Source: Alteromonadaceae bacterium
GTDB lineage: Bacteria; Pseudomonadota; Gammaproteobacteria; Enterobacterales; Alteromonadaceae
DNA: 64,000 nt
NCBI GenBank assembly: GCA_013216005.1
Contig: JABSOJ010000012.1
Span: 4,247 to 68,246 of the forward strand
Direction: 5' to 3'
Under the pieces are notes generated by a model. The model was given only the letters and a program-made list of their open reading frames with translations, did not search any database and was not told the origin of the DNA. Positions 57,601-64,000 of this stretch are shown piece by piece (positions within the stretch are counted from its first letter, which is position 1; every line of letters starts with the position of its first letter). The position numbers and the translations under genes are program-made.

Positions 57601-57735
57601 ATAGTCCAAATTCGTGACAATTCTATTTTTTATAATAAAAAAAACCTTTTGTGCTAATTCCAACTTTTCTGGCGAATCTCAGGATCGCTGCTAAACTTCT
57701 GGACCAGCAATCAAGAGCTTTAGAGAGAATTTATC

Positions 57736-60216
57736 GTGTTTAAAACATCCCCCTTTATGAAGCGAACATTGATATTTATAGGTATCCCCATACTTGTTTC
57801 AATAGCCGTAGCCATCAAATATGTATATGGCAGTTTGAAAGTTGAGTCCGTCTATGTGGTCAAAAAAGGTCTGCAAGGTTTAGACAAAATCGTGCAAGTT
57901 ACTCGTGATGACAAGGGAGCCTTGTTCATCAAAGGTGAAACGGATAAAGATGTTTATTTTGCTTTAGGTTTTGCCCATGCTCAGGATCGAATGTGGCAGC
58001 TTGAATTACAACGCAGAATAGCCAAAGGTACTCTAAGTGAAATTTTCGGTCGCGAATCACTCAATAGGGATATTTGGATGCGTACCCTAGGGCTGGCTGA
58101 AGCGGCTAAATCAGCTTGGACGGCGATTAGCCCACAAACTAAATCTGCCTTGACCGCCTATACCAATGGGATTAACGCCTGGCTTGAATCCAACCCTGCG
58201 TTGTCACCTGAATTTATGCTGCTTGAAAACAAACCGGAACCTTGGACCGAACTGGATTCACTCTCATGGATGAAAGTATTCTCATTAAACCTCGCCGCCA
58301 ACATGTGGAACGAACTAGCCAATATGGCCGCTGGTCAATCGCTAACCCAAGAACAAGCTGCCGATATTCTCAAAACATACCCTGAAACAGGTCCCGTAAC
58401 TATACCCAATACTACAGCCAACCAGCTACCGCAACCAGATAAAAATAAACGTTTAGAAAAGGCACAACATATTGTTGCCCAACTGTTTAAAATTAAGCAA
58501 TCGATGGAAAAAGAACTGGCTATCGGCGGCAAATATGTTGGTAGTAATGCTTGGGTGGTTTCCGGTAAACTGACTGACAATGGTCAGCCAATTCTGGCTA
58601 ACGACCCTCATATGGGCATCCAAATCCCGGCCCTTTTTTATTTTGCTTCACTCAAGGGGGATAAACTCGATGTATCAGGCATGACGCTAGTCGGATTACC
58701 TGTGGTGATATTTGGTCGCAATAAAGACATAACTTGGGGCGGCACCAATATGTTTGCCGATACTCAAGACTTGTATTTTGAACAAACCAATGGCGAAAAT
58801 GCTGCCGAATATCGCGTTGGTGACCAATGGGAAAAGTTCGACACCCACAAAGAGATTATCCATGTTAAAGCACCCTTTCCCCAGTTTTTACGACCCAAAC
58901 TAAAACCTGTCGAGATTCAAGTACGTAAAACCCATAACGGTCCTGTTGTTTCAGACGCAAGTGGAATGTTCGACCAACCCATCTCACTAAAATGGACGGC
59001 ATTGGAAGATAACGATACAACACTTGAAGGTTTTTACCGACTTGGTTATGCAACCGACTGGAATAGCTTTAAAGCAGCCATGAAATACCATGTGGCGCCT
59101 GCATTAAACATGCTTTATGCCGACACAAATAACAACATCGGATTTTTGGGGATTGGTAAGATACCGGTGCGAAGTCTGGGTGAAGGTCAATTCCCTACTG
59201 TTGCCTGGAATGGTCTAAACAAGTGGACAGGTTACATTCCTTTTGATCAATGGCCATACAGTTATAATCCGGATCAGGGATATCTGGTATCGGCAAACAA
59301 CAAAAATGTTAATTCCGACTACCCCTATTTCATTTCACATGACTGGGCTCCATCGACACGAGCCGAGCGTATTGAGCAGCTATTAACCGCACCAGATGCA
59401 GTATTGAATATTGAATATATGAAAAAAATACAAGCCGATACCTTTGATATCAGTGCCACCAAACTGCATAAAACACTATCCGCATACAAACCACAAGATG
59501 AACGTCAAACCGAGGCGATTAATTTGATAAAGGTCTGGAATTTGGATATGGCCATTGACCAATCTGCAGCAAGCATATTTTACGTATGGACAAGACACCT
59601 TCGCACCCACCTGTTTTCAGATGAATTAACAAGTTCCTGGAACCAAAAATCGCAAGTAATTATTTTCGATAATTTTATTGCCGAGGTCTCTTATGATCAA
59701 ATCAACAAAGTCTTGACCGACACAACTCCTAACTGGTGTGACGATGTTAATACTGACATAACAGAGAGCTGCGAAACGGTCTTGTCGAACTCATTGAACG
59801 ACGCACTTAATGAATTGGATCGGTTTGGAGGGTCAGATATGGACGACTGGCAATGGGGTGGGCTACATATAGCAGTATACCGCCACACCCCTTTTAGCGG
59901 TCAGAACCTACTTGACAAGATGTTCGAACGACGAATCGCTAATGGAGGATCACCTAACACCGTCAATTCCGCCAGTGCCTACTACAACAAAACAGAAGGC
60001 TATGAACAGGGATCAGGCGCCACGTTCAGACAAATTGTACAGATGAACAAGAAAAAAACGCGACACTTATATATGAATTCCACAGGTCAGTCTGGACATT
60101 TTCTGAGCCCTTATTATGACAATATGATAGAGCCTTTTCAAAATGTCCATTATTTTGAAGCTGGCGAATTGAAGCCCGGTACAACCACCGACACCTATAA
60201 ACTTAAACCGGAATAA
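57736..60216 (+). CDS. Penicillin-amidase-family Ntn hydrolase (QuiP/PvdQ/aculeacin-acylase-like N-acyl amidase), membrane-anchored or secreted
   Basis: The 826-aa product has an N-terminal hydrophobic helix (RTLIFIGIPILVSIAVAI). It carries YFALGFAHAQDRMWQLELQRR, typical of the family. The autoproteolytic junction G|SNAWVVSG places the nucleophile at Ser270 (58543..58545), followed by ANDPHMG. The start is GTG with a purine-rich AGAGAGA upstream. Confidence 0.9.
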   Translation: MFKTSPFMKRTLIFIGIPILVSIAVAIKYVYGSLKVESVYVVKKGLQGLDKIVQVTRDDKGALFIKGETDKDVYFALGFAHAQDRMWQLELQRRIAKGTLSEIFGRESLNRDIWMRTLGLAEAAKSAWTAISPQTKSALTAYTNGINAWLESNPALSPEFMLLENKPEPWTELDSLSWMKVFSLNLAANMWNELANMAAGQSLTQEQAADILKTYPETGPVTIPNTTANQLPQPDKNKRLEKAQHIVAQLFKIKQSMEKELAIGGKYVGSNAWVVSGKLTDNGQPILANDPHMGIQIPALFYFASLKGDKLDVSGMTLVGLPVVIFGRNKDITWGGTNMFADTQDLYFEQTNGENAAEYRVGDQWEKFDTHKEIIHVKAPFPQFLRPKLKPVEIQVRKTHNGPVVSDASGMFDQPISLKWTALEDNDTTLEGFYRLGYATDWNSFKAAMKYHVAPALNMLYADTNNNIGFLGIGKIPVRSLGEGQFPTVAWNGLNKWTGYIPFDQWPYSYNPDQGYLVSANNKNVNSDYPYFISHDWAPSTRAERIEQLLTAPDAVLNIEYMKKIQADTFDISATKLHKTLSAYKPQDERQTEAINLIKVWNLDMAIDQSAASIFYVWTRHLRTHLFSDELTSSWNQKSQVIIFDNFIAEVSYDQINKVLTDTTPNWCDDVNTDITESCETVLSNSLNDALNELDRFGGSDMDDWQWGGLHIAVYRHTPFSGQNLLDKMFERRIANGGSPNTVNSASAYYNKTEGYEQGSGATFRQIVQMNKKKTRHLYMNSTGQSGHFLSPYYDNMIEPFQNVHYFEAGELKPGTTTDTYKLKPE

Positions 60217-60235
60217 TGTAAGGGACCTAAACAAC

Positions 60236-61930
60236 ATGAAATTATTTGGTACATTTACTGAATTTGCACCCAACAAAGTGTTTTTGTCCATTACCATAGG
60301 AGCCATGGCTGGTATTTGTTATGCCATGTTAATTCCAATAGTGATCAGCAGTTTACCTACAGAGGTTGGTGCACTGGTCAATGCAACCAGTGACACTGAA
60401 AGTTTTCTGTTTTTTGATGTTAGTCGCTATAAATTTGCCTCGGTGTTTTTTATCTGCTGCCTGGGGATTTTAACAACCCAAACATTATCACAAATCCTGC
60501 TGGTACAAGTTGGTATGGACGTTACCACTGATCTGCGAGTACGTATTTACAAGCGTATCAGCAAGGCACCAATAGCAGATTTGGAAAGACTTGGCTCTGC
60601 CAAATTGATGGCCACCATTACCACAGATGTTAACCGGGTGGTCATGGGAGCAAAAACCCTGCCTGACCTGCTAATATCAGGGGTAAGTTTGATGGGAATA
60701 TTGAGTTATTTGCTGTATTTAAATGTTGAAGTGTTTTTTTATGCGATTGGTGCAATTCTGTTCGGTTCAATCACATACATGATCCCCATGTACATCGGTA
60801 GTTTGTACTTTAGACGTGGCAGAGACAGTATCGACAAACTGCACGAGGCAATAAGAGGGCTGATTCATGGAACCAAAGAGCTGAAACTCAACAAGGCTAA
60901 ACGTACTGCCTATTTTGAAGACCATTTATTAAAACATGAATATTCGGTTTTGAGCAATGAAAAACGGGGGAGTATCATAGTAACCACCGCGATTAACTAC
61001 GGTGATTTAATCAGCTTTTTCGTTATCGGTTTTGTTGCGTTTATATTTATAAGCTACAACAGCATGGCCAACGACAAGTTGGCCGCTGTGATCATGGCAC
61101 TGTTATACTTATCTACACCTGTTGCTAAAATACTCAATGCGTTACCACAAATATCCGTGGCCAATATTTCCTTAGCAGCAATCAATAATATTTTTAACAG
61201 TTTACCGGAAGAAAAAGCCAATGAAGAATTAATTGAGCAAAAAAACTGGCAAACATTAAGTCTCCGAGGCATTGAATACCACTACGAAGATGCCAACAGT
61301 ACTTTTAACCTTGGTCCTCTGGATTTTGATATTCACAAAGGTGAAGTTACCTTTATCATTGGCGGCAATGGTTCTGGCAAATCAACACTCAGTAAAATTA
61401 TTTCTTTGTATTACCAACCAACTCATGGCGATATCTATTTCGGTCCCAACCGCGTGACGGACGAATCGCTCAACAGTTGCCGGGAATATATTTCAGCCAT
61501 ATTTACCGATTATTATCTATTTAACAGCATATTGGGTGAGTTTAGCGAAGAAGACCAGATACAACTGGACAAATTTATGAAAGAGCTGGCTCTAGACACC
61601 AAAGTAACCGTTAAAGACGGTGAATTCTCAACAATATCCTTATCAGATGGTCAAAAGAAACGTTTGGCGTTACTGGTATCATACATTGAAAACAGGGACA
61701 TGTATTTGTTTGACGAATGGGCCGCGGATCAAGATCCAATGTTTAAAGAGACCTTCTATCATCAAATTTTGCCCAAACTTAAAGCTCAGGGCAAAGCGGT
61801 ACTTGTTATAAGCCACGATGACCGTTATTTTGATATTGCAGATCGGGTTATCACCCTTGAAGAAGGTAAAATCAAATCGATTATGAACAACAAAGGCGAA
61901 CACCTAACAATACTGGAAAATGTGGTATAG
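60236..61930 (+). CDS. ABC exporter, fused TMD-NBD, cyclic-peptide transporter type (SyrD/PvdE/YojI-like)
   Basis: The 564-aa product has hydrophobic N-terminal TM segments. Walker A is GGNGSGKST, the signature is LSDGQKKRLAL, and Walker B has the family-typical LFDEWAADQDP. It starts 19 nt after the acylase stop. Confidence 0.9.
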   Translation: MKLFGTFTEFAPNKVFLSITIGAMAGICYAMLIPIVISSLPTEVGALVNATSDTESFLFFDVSRYKFASVFFICCLGILTTQTLSQILLVQVGMDVTTDLRVRIYKRISKAPIADLERLGSAKLMATITTDVNRVVMGAKTLPDLLISGVSLMGILSYLLYLNVEVFFYAIGAILFGSITYMIPMYIGSLYFRRGRDSIDKLHEAIRGLIHGTKELKLNKAKRTAYFEDHLLKHEYSVLSNEKRGSIIVTTAINYGDLISFFVIGFVAFIFISYNSMANDKLAAVIMALLYLSTPVAKILNALPQISVANISLAAINNIFNSLPEEKANEELIEQKNWQTLSLRGIEYHYEDANSTFNLGPLDFDIHKGEVTFIIGGNGSGKSTLSKIISLYYQPTHGDIYFGPNRVTDESLNSCREYISAIFTDYYLFNSILGEFSEEDQIQLDKFMKELALDTKVTVKDGEFSTISLSDGQKKRLALLVSYIENRDMYLFDEWAADQDPMFKETFYHQILPKLKAQGKAVLVISHDDRYFDIADRVITLEEGKIKSIMNNKGEHLTILENVV

Positions 61931-61949
61931 CAAACGAGGGGTTTAAATT

Positions 61950-63197
61950 TTGGACGTTAAAAGAAACAAATCATCGAAAAACACACCGAAGTGGCAAAAA
62001 GCACTCATTATCGCTGCCGTATGTCTGGGCGTGTTAAGTTACTGGAAAATGAGTAACAATGAGAGCACGTCGTTACGAATGAATGATATATTGTTAAGCA
62101 AAGTGAGAAAAGGTGATCTGGCTGTTGAAGTCACAGGTTACGGAAGTTTACAGTCCAAAGTTCAACAATTGATCACAACCCAGACACCTGCAACCATCGA
62201 AAAGATCATTTTAAAACCTGGTGCAGTGGTTACCCCTGATAAAGTGATCATGATCTTGAATAACCCGGAACTAAATCAAGAAGTAGAAAAGACCCGCCTT
62301 GAGCTTGCACAAGTCAAGGCCAACCTGAGAAAACTCAGGAGTAACCAAAAACGTGAGTTACTAAATGAAAAAGAAAACTTTCAGGAAATCCGTTCGCAAT
62401 ACGAAGGAGCCAAACTAACATTGAATGCAGAATTGCAAATGTCTAAGTTTGGTATCACATCTGCAATTAAAGTAAAAAAAGCACAACTGTTAGAAAAACA
62501 ATTGTCTCAACGGATCAATATCCTTAAAGAAAAATCCGTTCAGTTGGATATAATCCATCAAGAAGATGCCAATATAGAATTGGAAGCCATTAAACTCAAA
62601 CAAATTGAGTTAGACAATATAAGTGCCCGGCTGGATCGGTTAATCGTTAAGGCAAGAATTGAAGGTGTGTTACAAAGCCTTTCTGTTGAATTAGGTCAAA
62701 GTGTTATCCGCGGACAAACTCTGGCGATGGTAGGCAGTACCAAAGAACTGATCGCCATGATCAAAGTATCTCAGGGGCAAGCACAAAAAATACAACCCGG
62801 TCAAAAAGCAATTATTGATACCCGTACCAGTAAAATTGAAGGTATAGTTGCCAGAGTCGACCCTACGGTTGTGAACAACACGGTAAATGTTGAGATTAAC
62901 CTACCGAAAAATCTGAGTGCAGATGCCCGACCACAACTAAATGTAGACGGCACTATTGTGATCCAGAGTCTCAAAAATATCTATTACATAGAAAAACCGA
63001 CCAATGCAGCCGAAGGGCGTAACAGCAGCTTGTTTAAACTCAACGACTCACTGGACGGTGCAGAAGCGGTAGCCGTTAAGTTTGGTGTTATATCTGGTCG
63101 CTATATTCAGTTAGTTTCACCGTCAAGCGAAAATGATACATATATAATTTCAGATACCAGCGCTATTTTGACCAATAGCGTTGATATTTCTCAGTAA
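61950..63197 (+). CDS. Efflux periplasmic adaptor (HlyD/MacA-type membrane fusion protein)
   Basis: The 415-aa product has one N-terminal TM segment (ALIIAAVCLGVLSYW), a long coiled-coil segment (residues ~110-240), then beta-barrel-like repeats. The start is TTG with GAGGGG 8 nt upstream. Confidence 0.85.
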   Translation: MDVKRNKSSKNTPKWQKALIIAAVCLGVLSYWKMSNNESTSLRMNDILLSKVRKGDLAVEVTGYGSLQSKVQQLITTQTPATIEKIILKPGAVVTPDKVIMILNNPELNQEVEKTRLELAQVKANLRKLRSNQKRELLNEKENFQEIRSQYEGAKLTLNAELQMSKFGITSAIKVKKAQLLEKQLSQRINILKEKSVQLDIIHQEDANIELEAIKLKQIELDNISARLDRLIVKARIEGVLQSLSVELGQSVIRGQTLAMVGSTKELIAMIKVSQGQAQKIQPGQKAIIDTRTSKIEGIVARVDPTVVNNTVNVEINLPKNLSADARPQLNVDGTIVIQSLKNIYYIEKPTNAAEGRNSSLFKLNDSLDGAEAVAVKFGVISGRYIQLVSPSSENDTYIISDTSAILTNSVDISQ

Positions 63198-63219
63198 TTA
63201 AAGACACAGACTAATTAAT

Positions 63220-63966
63220 ATGAACAAATGGTTTATCATCCCAAAACCAAATAGAAACGCCGAATTAAGATTATTCTGTTTTCCCTATGCGGGCGGTAGT
63301 TCTACAACTTATTTACCTTGGGTAAATGATTTACCTGATAATGTAGAACTCATTATTGTTCAACCGCCAGGACGAAATAACAGAATGTTTGAACCAATGC
63401 ATTCGAATATGACTGACTTAGTTAACGAATTAATACCTATTATTCCAAGACTACTAAATAAACCTTATATTTTTTTCGGTCATAGTTTAGGCAGTAGAAT
63501 AGCATTCGAACTATTGACTCAGTTACAAATGCTTAACCATCCACTACCACAGCATTTTATTGCCTCAGGTAGCAGGGGAGCACAAGTTCCATCTACCAAA
63601 AAACCAACTCATCATCTACCCCATGATGAATTTATTGCCGAACTTCAAGATTTGAATGGCACACCGCAAGCTGTTTTAGAAAATCAAGAATTGACGGAAT
63701 TATTTCTTCCTTTACTCAGAGCTGATTTCAAAATATCCGAAACATACTGTTATTCAGGAAAAATGATTTTGGACTGTAAAATATCTGTATTAAGTGGGGA
63801 AGATGATATTGACATTACTTTAGCTAACCTACAAAGCTGGGGGGATTTATTTACCGAAGAGGTCGAAATACATTATTTGTCTGGAGGTCACTTTTTTATA
63901 GAAAGTCATCGCGAAAATGTTCTAGAAATAGTAAATAGTATTATTGCTAAATATTGGAGAGCATAA
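63220..63966 (+). CDS. Type II (editing) thioesterase
   Basis: The 248-aa product has the LRLFCFPYAGGS N-terminus, the GHSLGS nucleophile elbow and a C-terminal GGHFF. All three are hallmarks of GrsT/PvdG-type TEII. Confidence 0.9.
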   Translation: MNKWFIIPKPNRNAELRLFCFPYAGGSSTTYLPWVNDLPDNVELIIVQPPGRNNRMFEPMHSNMTDLVNELIPIIPRLLNKPYIFFGHSLGSRIAFELLTQLQMLNHPLPQHFIASGSRGAQVPSTKKPTHHLPHDEFIAELQDLNGTPQAVLENQELTELFLPLLRADFKISETYCYSGKMILDCKISVLSGEDDIDITLANLQSWGDLFTEEVEIHYLSGGHFFIESHRENVLEIVNSIIAKYWRA

Positions 63967-64000
63967 AAAAGTTGGGGCAAATTAATAAAATTATGCTGCC

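Noticed and set aside
57575-57601. A mini-ORF, ATGATGTTGAATATTCCAATGGAATAA (MMLNIPME), in the divergent intergenic region. It could be a leader peptide.
   Set aside because: It is only 8 codons long, has no Shine-Dalgarno, and coincides with the 7-1-7 palindrome, which explains the sequence more simply.
57631-57636. A perfect TATAAT hexamer upstream of the acylase operon, considered as a sigma-70 -10 element.
   Set aside because: No acceptable -35 lies at 16-18 bp. GTGACA is only 11 bp away and TCCAAA is 20 bp away. The hexamer is embedded in a generic A/T tract, so it cannot be called a promoter from sequence alone.
57414-57735. A canonical Fur box, expected if the product were a siderophore.
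   Set aside because: No GATAAT or ATTATC hexamers, or an obvious 19-bp dyad, on either strand. A PWM scan would be needed to exclude degenerate sites.
63967-64000. A possible new gene start (ATGCTGCC at about 63992) at the right edge.
   Set aside because: Only 3 codons are visible, so there is no way to support a call.

Overview
The window is almost entirely one secondary-metabolite locus from a low-GC, Gram-negative (gammaproteobacterium-like) genome. I saw no rRNA, tRNA, CRISPR array or IS element.

Minus strand, 57413 down to 1, tightly packed or overlapping: an astB-type guanidino hydrolase, six megasynthase genes, one stand-alone Fe(II)/2-oxoglutarate (2OG) oxygenase, then the start of a MacB/LolD-like ABC ATPase. 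The domain string I read is: FAAL-T-C-A1-T-E-C | oxygenase | C*-A2-T-C-A3(Gly)-T-C-oxygenase | C*-A4(Asp/Asn)-T | C-A5(Val/Ile-like)-T-E-C-A6(Phe-like)-T-KS-AT(malonyl)-KR-ACP-C-A7(Ser)-T-E | C-A8(Gly)-T | C-A9(Ser)-T-C-A10(Ala)-T-C-A11-T-C-A12-T-TE. That is 12 adenylation (A) domains, one PKS module and a fatty acyl-AMP ligase (FAAL) starter. C* marks a condensation-like domain that lacks the catalytic His.

Plus strand, 57736 to 63966, a divergent operon: a penicillin-amidase-family Ntn acylase, a SyrD/PvdE-type ABC exporter, a HlyD-type adaptor and a type II thioesterase.

Points worth a second look:
- The C -> oxygenase -> dead C-like -> A-T logic is encoded twice, once split across genes and once as a C-oxygenase fusion.
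- The FAAL-primed N-acyl-D-residue start is paired with a periplasm-facing lipopeptide-type acylase and a PvdE-like exporter.
- An AstB homologue sits at the head of the operon.
- The PKS module should give a statine-like gamma-amino-beta-hydroxy acid.
- Several A-domain codes could not be assigned.

All substrate codes were extracted by eye against remembered GrsA numbering. They need NRPSpredictor/antiSMASH confirmation. Domain coordinates are approximate.
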